DNA of 64,000 nt from Bacteroidota bacterium (GCA_014860565.1 JACZJN010000068.1:122447-186446); one strand, 5' to 3'. Shown: positions 8,458 through 18,216, numbered from the stretch's first letter. The notes: generated by a model not told the origin, from the sequence alone. Made by a program: numbers and translations.

Positions 8458-9483
8458 TCACACCTCCGTTGCCACCTCTTCCTTTTGACGCAGCGCGTGC
8501 CAAAGCTCCGCTATCTGCACGGCGTTGGTTGCAGCGCCCTTGCGCAGATTGTCCGAGACAACCCACATGATCAGCCCGTTGTCGATTGAAGGGTCACGCC
8601 GCAGCCGCCCGACGAACACCTCATCCCTTCCGGTGGCCGTGCTTGCCAGCGGATAGGCGGTGGCCTCCGGATCGTCGATGACGATAACGCCCGGGGCATT
8701 CTCCAAGATGCTGCGAATATCCTCAAGCGCAAAGGGATTCTCCAATTCCACATGCACTGCCTCGCTATGGCTCGTGACGACAGGAATGCGGACACAGGTC
8801 GGTGAAACCATGATGCCCTGATCACCAAATATCTTCCGCGTCTCATCGATCATTTTCCGTTCTTCCGTCGTAAAGCCATCCCTCTCAAACGACGCGATAT
8901 GCGGCAGTGCGTTGCCAGCGATCGGATGTGCGAAAGCGCGCACCGAGGCGTTCCGGCCTTCCAACTCCGTTTGAAGCTGATCGACGCCCTTCTTCCCTGC
9001 ACCACTGACCGCCTGATAGGTACACACTACGATGCGGTGGATGCCATAGCGCGCACGCAGCGGTTCAAGGGCAACGACCATCTGGATGGTGCTGCAATTC
9101 GGATTAGCAATGATGCGCGGGGCGGTGTCGATCAATGCGGCGGCGTTTACCTCAGGCACGATCAACGGAACATCGCCATCCATGCGGAAGGCACTACTGT
9201 TGTCAATCACCACAGCCCCGCGTGCCGTGGCAGATGGCGCCCAGCGCTTCGCGGTATCGCCCCCGGCGGAAAAAAGTGCGATGTCCACCCCCGCAAAGGC
9301 CTCGTCGGAGATTTCGATCACCGGGTGCAGCGCTCCGCGGAAAGGGACCGACGTTCCTGCGGAGCGGCCAGACGCGATCGGACGCAGCGTGGCCACCGGG
9401 AAGTTGCGCTCCTCGAGCACCGCGAGCATCGTCCGACCCACGAGTCCCGTGGCACCAACAACCGCGACATGATATCCTTTCAT
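8458..9483 (-). CDS. asd: Aspartate-semialdehyde dehydrogenase
   Basis: VVGATGLVG, IANPNCSTIQMV, YQAVSGAG, SDNLRKGAATNAVQIAE. ATG at 9483 chosen as start. Confidence 0.97.
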   Translation of the reverse strand: MKGYHVAVVGATGLVGRTMLAVLEERNFPVATLRPIASGRSAGTSVPFRGALHPVIEISDEAFAGVDIALFSAGGDTAKRWAPSATARGAVVIDNSSAFRMDGDVPLIVPEVNAAALIDTAPRIIANPNCSTIQMVVALEPLRARYGIHRIVVCTYQAVSGAGKKGVDQLQTELEGRNASVRAFAHPIAGNALPHIASFERDGFTTEERKMIDETRKIFGDQGIMVSPTCVRIPVVTSHSEAVHVELENPFALEDIRSILENAPGVIVIDDPEATAYPLASTATGRDEVFVGRLRRDPSIDNGLIMWVVSDNLRKGAATNAVQIAELWHALRQKEEVATEV

Positions 9484-9504
9484 CGTCTTTCCTTCAAGCA
9501 TGGA

Positions 9505-12500
9505 TCAGAAATCCGCTCCCAGCGAGAAATAGAATATCGGACGCGAAAATCCACCACCGTTATACGACCACCCGACGTCGAACTTCAGAGGAAAGCCGAG
9601 GAACCACATGCGCGCGCCCATTCCGGTACCGATCAGCAGATCCTTGTTCATGAAATTGCCGTTCTGATCGCGCGTAAACGAAGAAAAGCCTTCGACTTCG
9701 TCGAATGCTGCGCCGATGTCGAGAAACATGACACCGTTCACGGACTGCAGAATGTATGGCAGGATGCCGCCGAGGAAGTATTTCACGATCGGGAACCGCA
9801 GCTCGAGATTACTCAGGCCGTAACGGGTCGCGATGCGTGCATTGTAGTTATATCCGCGCAGTGGAAGGGCCGCAGCAAGAAAAGCGAAATCTTCCGCGCT
9901 GTTGATGGGGATACGTCCGTTTTCGAAAGTGCGATTGATCCAGTTTTCCGTACCGCCGATGAAGAAGCGCTGGGGATTCGCACCGAAACTGCCGCCGCCC
10001 GATCCGCGAAGGACGAAGGAGAAGTCACCCCAGAAACGGTAATACTTCCGGTAGTCGAACGTGAGCGAGGCAAAGGTCAGCGTGGAACTTCCTATTCCCG
10101 GACTGCCAAGGACGCGCACTTCGTAGCGTGATCCGCGCACGGGAGACCACATGCCCCAGAGCGTGTTGTCATGCACGAAGCCGATGTTGGGAATGATAAG
10201 CGACTTCTCGGTTATCGGCACGCTGACCCGATCAAGGTTCTCCTGCGACACATTCATCCAGGTGAGGCTTCCCTCCATCCGATTGAATTTATCGAAGGGA
10301 TAGGCCGCGTTCACTCCAAAGCCGAATTGCCGGTAGCGTACAAGATCGTCGTACAATCCGCCATTGTATTGCAGCAGGAATCGCGCGCTATGGAAGCCCT
10401 GTACTCCCCAATCGATTCGTCCGGGAAGATAGGAATAGGCGAGCGCGTAATCGCTGTTTTTCAGATCACCGATCAGATTCGTGAGGAAAAGTATCTGATG
10501 GTTGCCCAGCATATCGCTGAAGGCCATCTGCGTCGTCCCGAGTACACCGTAAAACGTACTGTATCCCGCGTTGCCGTAAACTAGGTCGGCCGAGAAACTG
10601 AGCTTGTACTTGTTGATGATGAACTCGCCTTCCGGCGTCATGTTGTCGCTGAGAGTGAACGGACGCTTCGTGGGCCGGTCCTTGCCTGATTGTGCGTCAT
10701 CGGCGAACGACATACGGTTACCACTACGTGTCTCCGTCGTATCCGCCGATTCACCGCTGTTCTGTTCTCCCAGCGAAATCACTACTTCATCGCTGTGCTC
10801 ACGCTGCTCCGGGGCATGCGCATCGCGGCTGCTTATATCCGAAACGGGTGCTTCCTCCGTCCATGTATCCGTAAAAGAGCTTTCTTTCTTGCTCCGCCGA
10901 TCAAGAAAAACCGTTGGTGGGAGGTCTTCGATTTTTTCCCGTTCATATGGAGATTTCAGTAAAAAAATGTCAAAACCGGCCTCGTACATGGAGGCGAATG
11001 CCAGCTTATTGCCGTCCGCCGTCATCGAAATCTGATAAATGCCGGAGAGTGAATTCGTGACCGGGTACTCTGTCCCGCTCTCGAACTCGTGGATATAGAG
11101 GTTGTTGATGCCATTGCGGTCGGAGATGAACAGCAACTTGTTCTGAGGACCAACCACGGGATACGATTCCTCGGCGTCCGGCGTGTCGGTAATGCGCGAT
11201 ATCTTCCCGCTGAGGACGTCTACCGCGTAGATATCCATGTGGTCGTAGTCATGGTCGTAAATATTGAAATCCGCCGGAAGCGCGGTTCCGTCGAGGATAC
11301 CCTTCCGATCACTTATGAAATAGAGGGTCTTGCTGTCGGGCGACCAGGCGGGCTGCGCATCCGAGAACACATCGGAAGTCAGGTTCCGCGTCGTGCGGGT
11401 TTCAAAATCGTAGACCCAGATGTCAGACTGCGCGGTGGTGTTCCCGACATACGCGAGCTGCTTCCCGTCAGGTGACCACTGCACGGAGTAAATTCCATCT
11501 TTGACCACCGGCAATTTTTCATAATCCCCTGTCTCCACATTGATGATGCTGATCGCATCATCGGCACCCGATTTTGAGGAAAGCGCGATGTATTTGCCGT
11601 CCGGCGACCAGGAAAGCCCGGGCGTGAGCAAGTGCAGCTCTTCAAAATCATTGGTGTTCGTTCCCTCGACAAGCTTGTGCACATCACTGCCGTCAATCGC
11701 CGACATGACGTAGACCGAAAAGTAGTCATCCCGGTTGGAGATGAAGGCAATCCGATCTCCGGATGGGGAGATGGCGGGGCTGGTATTGTAAAATGAACCC
11801 GTTTTCGTATGATCGGTGAGTCGCTTCGCATAATCGGTCGGAGATACGCGGAGGGCCACGTCGGGATAATAGAGTTTCTTCTGTTCCTTCAACCAGCGAT
11901 CGGACAGTTCCTCGAGCGTCAGTCCGAGGGATTTTTTCAATCCCTCGTCGAGACTGCGCGATGCGCGCACGCTGTTGAGCACGTCCCCGACTTTCTTCTT
12001 CCCGTATTTTTCAGAGATGTACCACCATACGGATTGTCCGCCACGGTAGGCAAAGTAGCCGCTGAGATACGGGATCGGCGGAAGATAATTGCTGGTGGCC
12101 GCATCACGAAGAAACATGTCTGAATTCGTGTCCCACCCGTCAAGCGCCTGGTACTCCGCCATCCCCTCGTTCATCCACAGCGGCAGAATCAGGCGGATGC
12201 GATTGGTCACCGCCGCCTGCAGCGAGCCGCCATAAAACATGTCGTTGATGACAGCATGCACCAGCTCGTGGTGGATGACACGGCGAAATTGACTGTAGGA
12301 CCCTTCGAACGGCAGTACGACACGGTTCTTGAACATCTCCGTTACGCCGCCGATGCCTTCCTCGAGGTAGCTCCCCACAACATTGGTCTGCTGGAAATCG
12401 TTGTGCGAATTGTATATGATGAAAGGAACACGTGCCGTGATCTGATAGCCGAAGCTCTCCTGCACTTTTTTAAGCGCATCCTCGGCAACCCGCGCCGTAA

Positions 12501-12684
12501 ATGCAGCGAGATCGTAGCCTTCATTCGAGTAGTACACATCGAAATGCTCCGACTGTATGAAATACCAGTCGAAATCGGTGTACTGTACCTTGTTTTTGCC
12601 GAAATACTGTGCCGACGCCGGTGTATTAGCAGCGCAGATGGCGAACACGGCGAAAAGCAGCACGGTCTTAATAAAAGGCGTCAT
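9505..12684 (-). CDS. Fusion of gluzincin-type (peptidase MA-like) domain, PD40/TolB-like beta-propeller and C-terminal Omp85/BamA-type barrel
   Basis: Signal peptide. HELVH...WMNEGMAEY, then repeated PAISPSGDRIAF / WSPDGK motifs, LRGY-type barrel motif (LPLRGYNY) and terminal FSLGADF. Confidence 0.8.
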   Translation of the reverse strand: MTPFIKTVLLFAVFAICAANTPASAQYFGKNKVQYTDFDWYFIQSEHFDVYYSNEGYDLAAFTARVAEDALKKVQESFGYQITARVPFIIYNSHNDFQQTNVVGSYLEEGIGGVTEMFKNRVVLPFEGSYSQFRRVIHHELVHAVINDMFYGGSLQAAVTNRIRLILPLWMNEGMAEYQALDGWDTNSDMFLRDAATSNYLPPIPYLSGYFAYRGGQSVWWYISEKYGKKKVGDVLNSVRASRSLDEGLKKSLGLTLEELSDRWLKEQKKLYYPDVALRVSPTDYAKRLTDHTKTGSFYNTSPAISPSGDRIAFISNRDDYFSVYVMSAIDGSDVHKLVEGTNTNDFEELHLLTPGLSWSPDGKYIALSSKSGADDAISIINVETGDYEKLPVVKDGIYSVQWSPDGKQLAYVGNTTAQSDIWVYDFETRTTRNLTSDVFSDAQPAWSPDSKTLYFISDRKGILDGTALPADFNIYDHDYDHMDIYAVDVLSGKISRITDTPDAEESYPVVGPQNKLLFISDRNGINNLYIHEFESGTEYPVTNSLSGIYQISMTADGNKLAFASMYEAGFDIFLLKSPYEREKIEDLPPTVFLDRRSKKESSFTDTWTEEAPVSDISSRDAHAPEQREHSDEVVISLGEQNSGESADTTETRSGNRMSFADDAQSGKDRPTKRPFTLSDNMTPEGEFIINKYKLSFSADLVYGNAGYSTFYGVLGTTQMAFSDMLGNHQILFLTNLIGDLKNSDYALAYSYLPGRIDWGVQGFHSARFLLQYNGGLYDDLVRYRQFGFGVNAAYPFDKFNRMEGSLTWMNVSQENLDRVSVPITEKSLIIPNIGFVHDNTLWGMWSPVRGSRYEVRVLGSPGIGSSTLTFASLTFDYRKYYRFWGDFSFVLRGSGGGSFGANPQRFFIGGTENWINRTFENGRIPINSAEDFAFLAAALPLRGYNYNARIATRYGLSNLELRFPIVKYFLGGILPYILQSVNGVMFLDIGAAFDEVEGFSSFTRDQNGNFMNKDLLIGTGMGARMWFLGFPLKFDVGWSYNGGGFSRPIFYFSLGADF

Positions 12685-12736
12685 AGATGTTCCTGCGAAA
12701 TCCGATCAGTAAAATGCGTAAGAACTATAGATGTCA

Positions 12737-12765
12737 ATAATACACCGACTTCCGAGGCGTGTCAA
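12737..12765 (-). promoter_or_regulatory. Near-consensus sigma70 promoter for the Omp85 fusion-asd unit
   Basis: Minus strand TTGACA (12765-12760), 17-nt spacer, TATTAT (12742-12737). Confidence 0.75.
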
Positions 12766-12867
12766 GGGACAAAACGAGTGTCTAGACATCTGCTGTCACA
12801 TAAGACACTGTTTTGATATATTGGGTTACGGCCATCTTCCTTGATCATCATTCTTGTTCCAAACACC

Positions 12868-14601
12868 ATGCTGCGAATTCTCCCGCTCTTCGTTCTCACC
12901 GGATTGATCATGATCTCCTGCACAACGAAAAACCCCAGCGATATGTTGTTTTTCAATGGTATCGTCCACACGATGGATGACAGTTCGACCATCGTTGATG
13001 CATTTGCCGTGCGTGACGGACGGATCGTCGCGACCGGCAGCAATGAGGACATCCTCTCCGCATGGGAGGCTGCCCGCGTTATCGACCTGGAACAGCAGCA
13101 TGTCTTCCCTGGCTTCATCGATGCGCATGCGCATCTTTTTGGACTGGGCGAAGAGGACGTGATTCTTGGACTTCTCGGCACGACTTCTCCCATAGGAATC
13201 GCGGAAATGGTGCGTGACCGCGCTTCATCCCTTGCAGCAGGGACCTGGATTCGAGGGCGCGGGTGGGATCAGAATGATTGGGGCACCAAAGAGTTTCCGG
13301 GAAAGGAACTGCTCGATGCCACGGCACCCACTCACCCCGTGTTCCTCTCCCGCATAGACGGCCATGCTGCATGGGTCAACTCCAGGGCGCTTGAGCTGAG
13401 CGGCATCACACGTGCGACACCCGACCCAGAAGGCGGTCGAATCGTACGCGGAGCTGATGGTGAGGCGACAGGCATCCTCCTCGACCAGGCTATCGAGCTC
13501 GTTCGCGCAAATATCCCCCAGCCCGCTATTGACGAGATGGCGGAGGCCTACGCAACCGCCATTCAACGATGCCTCGCGGTTGGCATGACCGGCATGCACG
13601 ACATGGGCCTCACGGCCACCGGAATCGAAGCAATGCGCCTCCTGATCGCTCGGAATGAATTCCCCTTCCACGTTGTCGGATACATCGACGACACGAACCC
13701 AGCAACATGGGAAACTCTCTTGAAAGGTGGCCGACAAACCATTGGCAATCAACAACTTGTCCTCGCAGGTCTCAAGTTGTACGCAGATGGAGCTTTGGGC
13801 TCACGAGGTGCCTGGCTGCTGGAGGATTACACCGACGACGCCGGTAACAGGGGTATTCCCATACAGTCCGAAGAGGTGATCCGGCGCGAATCAGAAAGGG
13901 CTCTGAGGGCGGGTTTGCAGGTCTGTGTGCATGCGATCGGAGACGCAGCGGTTCGGCGCGTTCTCGACGCGTACGAGCAGGCCTTGAAGGCCGTTCCCCG
14001 GAGTGAGTATCCTCTGCGTATTGAACATGCACAGGTCATCGATATTGCCGATATTCCACGATTTGCCCGTCTCGGCGTGATCCCTTCCATGCAGCCCACC
14101 CATTGCACAAGCGATATGACCTGGGCAGAGGCCCGGCTGGGAGCGCGCCGCGTGCAGGAGGCGTATGCCTGGGCGGCTCTGATTAATAGTGGGGCGTGGA
14201 TTCCCGGAGGCAGCGACTTCCCCGTCGAGCGACCAGATCCGATTGCGGGAATCTATGCAGCCTCGTTCCGGAAGGATGCCGAGGGACGTCCCGCATCGCC
14301 AGAAGATATCAAGAGCTTTTTTCAAACGGACCCGTCGGTGCCCTTTCTCCCTGCGAGGTGGACCAACGGGTGGTTCGGCGAACAATGCATGTCGCGTGAA
14401 AATGCCATTCGGGCCTTTACCATATGGGCTGCGCGCGCGGCAGGTCTTGAGAAGGACCGCGGCTCGATCGAAAAAGGGAAATGGGCGGATTGCGTCATCC
14501 TTTCTGAGGATTTGGCGACGGTGCCCCGCAGCCGCTTTCTCAACACGCGCGTACTCGCCACCTGGGTAGCCGGGGAACAGGTTTTTACGGCCCCCGATTG
14601 A
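12868..14601 (+). CDS. Amidohydrolase family 3 (YtcJ-like), probable lipoprotein
   Basis: Lipobox-like LIMISC. PGFIDAHAH, KLYADGALGSRGA, VHAIGD, RIEHAQ, GSDFP motifs. Confidence 0.9.
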   Translation: MLRILPLFVLTGLIMISCTTKNPSDMLFFNGIVHTMDDSSTIVDAFAVRDGRIVATGSNEDILSAWEAARVIDLEQQHVFPGFIDAHAHLFGLGEEDVILGLLGTTSPIGIAEMVRDRASSLAAGTWIRGRGWDQNDWGTKEFPGKELLDATAPTHPVFLSRIDGHAAWVNSRALELSGITRATPDPEGGRIVRGADGEATGILLDQAIELVRANIPQPAIDEMAEAYATAIQRCLAVGMTGMHDMGLTATGIEAMRLLIARNEFPFHVVGYIDDTNPATWETLLKGGRQTIGNQQLVLAGLKLYADGALGSRGAWLLEDYTDDAGNRGIPIQSEEVIRRESERALRAGLQVCVHAIGDAAVRRVLDAYEQALKAVPRSEYPLRIEHAQVIDIADIPRFARLGVIPSMQPTHCTSDMTWAEARLGARRVQEAYAWAALINSGAWIPGGSDFPVERPDPIAGIYAASFRKDAEGRPASPEDIKSFFQTDPSVPFLPARWTNGWFGEQCMSRENAIRAFTIWAARAAGLEKDRGSIEKGKWADCVILSEDLATVPRSRFLNTRVLATWVAGEQVFTAPD

Positions 14602-14748
14602 AATTATCCGGGAAAGAAACATTTGCACAGCTGAACAGGTAGAATCTTGTTTCCGTCCGGTCACGAATTCCGACATTCGTTTACGCGCGTATCTTTCGTA
14701 TCTTAATTGCTTGAGAATAACGACCGATTATCCACTATCACGTTGTCC

Positions 14749-15633
14749 ATGACCCGCTTCGCCTATCTCGCCGCCATCATTTCACTTCTTGCCATCTCGC
14801 TACAGGCACAGCCGTACGAACTGCGCTATTCCCTGACGGAAGGCAAACAGTACCGATTCAAACAAATCGAGGAAACCACCGCCCTCGCACAATCCAGCGA
14901 TGGCCGGGGAACGCAGATCGAGCGTGAAACCACGCGTTATTTCACCATTGCCATCGAAAAATCCGGTATTGAAGGAGTACAGTATGTTTTTGTCCAGGAT
15001 ACGGCGATTGTGGGTGAAAGTGCGGATGACGCATCCACGCAGCGCCAGTACCTTGATTTTCAGAATATCATAACACGAAGACCTATCCGTGTGCGCCAAA
15101 CTCCCAGTGGTAAGATTCTGAGCACCGTACCGCTGGAACCACTCAACGTCGAAGCGATTCTCGGCCCTGGCGCTTCCGATGCCATGTTCACAAAGATCGC
15201 CGCACTCCTCCCCGCGTTGCCCACTAACGCGATCGAACCCGGCATGGGCTGGACGGAGACGAAGCGCGATACGCTCTTTCCCTCCAAGGAGATGCCGCGA
15301 CTCGGGCGCGGGTCCGGTGAGCGCTTTCTTGCGCACACGACGGAGTACAACGTCGGCAGCGTGGAAGACCTTGACGGTTACCGCTGCCTGAAGATTTCAT
15401 GGAGGGGCCATGCGAGCATGGAGGAGAGAATTATCTACGCGGCGCTGGAGGAATTTACGGAAGACCACACGGTGACCAGCGGAGACCTCTCCATTGCAAT
15501 CGAAAGCGGACTCCCTGTCAAGCTCGACGTCTATACGGACCAGGAGAATACCAGGGCGCTGTTCGGCGAACAGAATAATGTGATTCCCTCTTCGATCCGC
15601 ACGCACATGACGCTCGAACTTTTCTCTCAATAA
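14749..15633 (+). CDS. Secreted protein, DUF6263-like (paralog 1)
   Basis: Signal peptide (LQAQ). LRYSLTEGKQYRF N-terminus and beta-rich pattern; C-terminus IPSSIRTHMTLEL parallels the next ORF. Confidence 0.55.
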   Translation: MTRFAYLAAIISLLAISLQAQPYELRYSLTEGKQYRFKQIEETTALAQSSDGRGTQIERETTRYFTIAIEKSGIEGVQYVFVQDTAIVGESADDASTQRQYLDFQNIITRRPIRVRQTPSGKILSTVPLEPLNVEAILGPGASDAMFTKIAALLPALPTNAIEPGMGWTETKRDTLFPSKEMPRLGRGSGERFLAHTTEYNVGSVEDLDGYRCLKISWRGHASMEERIIYAALEEFTEDHTVTSGDLSIAIESGLPVKLDVYTDQENTRALFGEQNNVIPSSIRTHMTLELFSQ

Positions 15634-15651
15634 CGAATACCGGAGTTCAGA

Positions 15652-16467
15652 ATGAAACAATTATTTGCAGTGCTCCTCTGCGCCTTTCTGTTCGTGAGCG
15701 CAGCAAGCGCCCAGAATTCAGCCTACCACTTCGTGAAGGGGAAAGAGTACAAATATCTGATCGAACAGACGAGCATGCAGATGCAGGAAGTCAACGGCCA
15801 GACGAGTACCGCCAACAGCGAGGTCACCATGAGCGTCGTGTATACGTTGCTCGAGACGCTGGAAAGTGGCAATCTCAAGATGCAGGCGACGATAGAAAAC
15901 GCACTCATGATCAATGAGTCGGATAATGGGACGCAGACACTCGGTTCCGACATGAGCGGGAAAAGCGTCATTTTCGAAATGACCGGACGCGGTCAGGTCG
16001 TCGACGTCGACAGCAGTATCCGAAAGATCGACAGCGAAGGCATCGGCCTCCTGATCGGCGCGACCAGTATCTTCCCTCGCCTCGATGGCAGCAAGCTCAG
16101 CGACGGCAACAGCTGGAGCAGCACAGAATCCGATACCACCGGCGAAGGCGAAAGCAGTATCATCGAGGAAACCGAACGCAATTACGAAATCAAGGGAAAA
16201 AAATCCGTCAACGGCATCGACTGCTTCGAAATAGCACTTGTTTCAGAAGCCGACCGTGAAGGGAAAATGGTACGCGGTGACCAGGAGTTGATAGTAAACG
16301 GTACGCGCAACGGAAAAGCGACCATTATGTATGGCATTGAGGAAGGTGTGATCGTGAAGTTCGATGCGGAAATCAATACGGACCAGACGATCGTTGTACC
16401 GTCGAACAACATGCGCGTCCCCATCACTGCCACGCAGACCGTGAAGATTGAGCTGATCACCAAATAA
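15652..16467 (+). CDS. Secreted protein, DUF6263-like (paralog 2)
   Basis: Signal peptide (ASAQ). YHFVKGKEYKY N-terminus; C-terminus VPITATQTVKIEL. Confidence 0.55.
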   Translation: MKQLFAVLLCAFLFVSAASAQNSAYHFVKGKEYKYLIEQTSMQMQEVNGQTSTANSEVTMSVVYTLLETLESGNLKMQATIENALMINESDNGTQTLGSDMSGKSVIFEMTGRGQVVDVDSSIRKIDSEGIGLLIGATSIFPRLDGSKLSDGNSWSSTESDTTGEGESSIIEETERNYEIKGKKSVNGIDCFEIALVSEADREGKMVRGDQELIVNGTRNGKATIMYGIEEGVIVKFDAEINTDQTIVVPSNNMRVPITATQTVKIELITK

Positions 16468-16480
16468 TTGAGCTCCGAAA

Positions 16481-16524
16481 GGGAATCCCGCGGTGTGTTA
16501 CGCACAGCGGGATTTCTCTTTTTT
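16481..16524 (+). terminator. Intrinsic terminator
   Basis: AATCCCGC...GCGGGATT stem followed by a T run after the 16467 stop. Confidence 0.8.
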
Positions 16525-16546
16525 ATGGTAAAATCCCGGCACGTTC

Positions 16547-16577
16547 GAGAACAATTTCTCTTCCCCGGCGTATACCC
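16547..16577 (+). promoter_or_regulatory. Putative ECF-sigma promoter
   Basis: GAGAAC, 16-nt spacer, CGTATACCC. Same -10 string and spacing as at 39030-39060. Confidence 0.45.
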
Positions 16578-16583
16578 GATCAT

Positions 16584-18215
16584 ATGCCAATTTCACAAAA
16601 GAGGTACACCTCCATGAAAGCCTTCTTTACCCTGCCCATCCGATCCGTCATGCTGATGCTCCTGCTGGCCATGCCCGCAGGGGTTCTTTTTTCACAGGTG
16701 GAAGGCGCGGCAAAGGACAGCGTGCAGGCCGCGGAAGAGATCAAGGCAGAACAGGCGAAGCTGACCTACGAATTGCAGCAGCTTCGCTCAGAGCTTGAGC
16801 AAATCAAGACAGAGAGCGATGGGACTGCCAAGGACGATAAAATCGCGAACATCGAGCGCCGCATCTCTGATCTCGAGCTGCGTCTTGATGCGCTCAATCG
16901 AAGTATCGAGTCGGGCCAGTCCGATGATTGGGAAAACTGGGACAGCACATGGGAAGACGATTGGGATGCAGAAGCAGACGATGGCATCTCCTCCGATTGG
17001 AAATGGTGGTCCGGCGACGGCGACGACGAGCAGTTCGATGTCGGCGAGAGTTTCCTGAAAAAATATCCCGGCAATTTCCCCTGGCTTTTCCCGATGACGA
17101 CCCGGCTGCATGAGACCTTCCTACGCTACAATCGCGTTGAAGGACTGTATATCGGACTCACGCAGCCGAAGCGCCTCTACTGGCACAGCCAACCCTGGCT
17201 TGTGAGCACGGCATCGCTCGGCTACGGATTCACAAATCATACATGGCGCTACAGTCTGGGCTTGTATCTGCCTTTGTACTTCGAGAACCAGATCGTTGAG
17301 ATAGGTGCCGAAGGACACAGTTTTACCGATTCAAAGGACCAGTGGTCGTTCGATCGCGATGAAAACACCTTTGCGGCGCTCATCGCGCGGGAAGACTTCC
17401 TCGATTATTTCGAACGGAGAGGGTTCACCGCGTCGGCAGCCTGGTACTACCGTGGTGAGGCGGATCTCAATCTGCGTGCCAGCATCGGTTATGCGCATGA
17501 CACCTATGCGAACATGAACCGGGCGACCAACTGGTCGATTTTCGGCGGCGACAAGGTGTTCCGGGTAAATCCCCTGATCAATGACGGGAACGTGAACAGC
17601 ATCGTGTTTTCCGCGGGGCTTACAACACTGGCCAATCTGGATACCCGAGATCACGGATGGGACGCGCAGGTGCAGTACGAAAAGGCAGGCGATTTTGCAG
17701 CGGGCGATTTCTCATACTCCCAACTGAGCCTCGATCTTCGCCGCTACCAACCGCTGGGAGAACATCTGAATATCAATCTTCGCTTACGTGGTGGCGTCAG
17801 CGACGGATTACTGCCGCAGCAGCGCGCATTCGAGCTTGGGGGCCCCGGCACACTTCCCGGGTATCGATACAAGGAGTTTGCCGGCAGCAGCATCGCACTG
17901 GTCAATGCCGAGTTCATCATCCGCAGCACGATCGTGGGGAACGCGCGCGGATGGGCGCGCAATGTTCTCAGTAACACCAACATCATCTTTTTTGCCGATG
18001 CGGGCTCGACAAATACCGTTGTGCCGATTGTCGCACGCGATGTGACAAACGGTGCTCTCCCCGCGGCGTTTGGCGATGATTATATGAATAACTGGAAATC
18101 AGATGTGGGTGTTGCTATCGGCAGCGCAGACGGCGGCTTCCGCATCGGTGCGGCCTGGCGTCTCGATCGCTCCGAATCCCCGATGCTGGTTTTGCGCTTC
18201 TCCCGGCCCTTCTGA
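16584..18215 (+). CDS. Outer-membrane Omp85/BamA-like barrel protein with N-terminal coiled coil and acidic Trp-rich linker
   Basis: Signal peptide, coiled coil at aa ~45-110, RYNRVEGLYIG, ELGGPGTLPGYRYKEFAG, terminal LRFSRPF. Confidence 0.65.
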   Translation: MPISQKRYTSMKAFFTLPIRSVMLMLLLAMPAGVLFSQVEGAAKDSVQAAEEIKAEQAKLTYELQQLRSELEQIKTESDGTAKDDKIANIERRISDLELRLDALNRSIESGQSDDWENWDSTWEDDWDAEADDGISSDWKWWSGDGDDEQFDVGESFLKKYPGNFPWLFPMTTRLHETFLRYNRVEGLYIGLTQPKRLYWHSQPWLVSTASLGYGFTNHTWRYSLGLYLPLYFENQIVEIGAEGHSFTDSKDQWSFDRDENTFAALIAREDFLDYFERRGFTASAAWYYRGEADLNLRASIGYAHDTYANMNRATNWSIFGGDKVFRVNPLINDGNVNSIVFSAGLTTLANLDTRDHGWDAQVQYEKAGDFAAGDFSYSQLSLDLRRYQPLGEHLNINLRLRGGVSDGLLPQQRAFELGGPGTLPGYRYKEFAGSSIALVNAEFIIRSTIVGNARGWARNVLSNTNIIFFADAGSTNTVVPIVARDVTNGALPAAFGDDYMNNWKSDVGVAIGSADGGFRIGAAWRLDRSESPMLVLRFSRPF

Positions 18216-18216
18216 C

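Noticed and set aside
8899-10131. Long antisense or alternative-frame ORFs (also 22990-23910, 43020-44309, 51204-52295, 55240-56700, 60777-62114)
   Set aside because: They lie opposite well-conserved genes, have no recognisable motifs and are typical shadows in GC-rich DNA.
14727-14735. DnaA box / oriC
   Set aside because: A single imperfect TTATCCACT with no cluster or AT-rich unwinding element.
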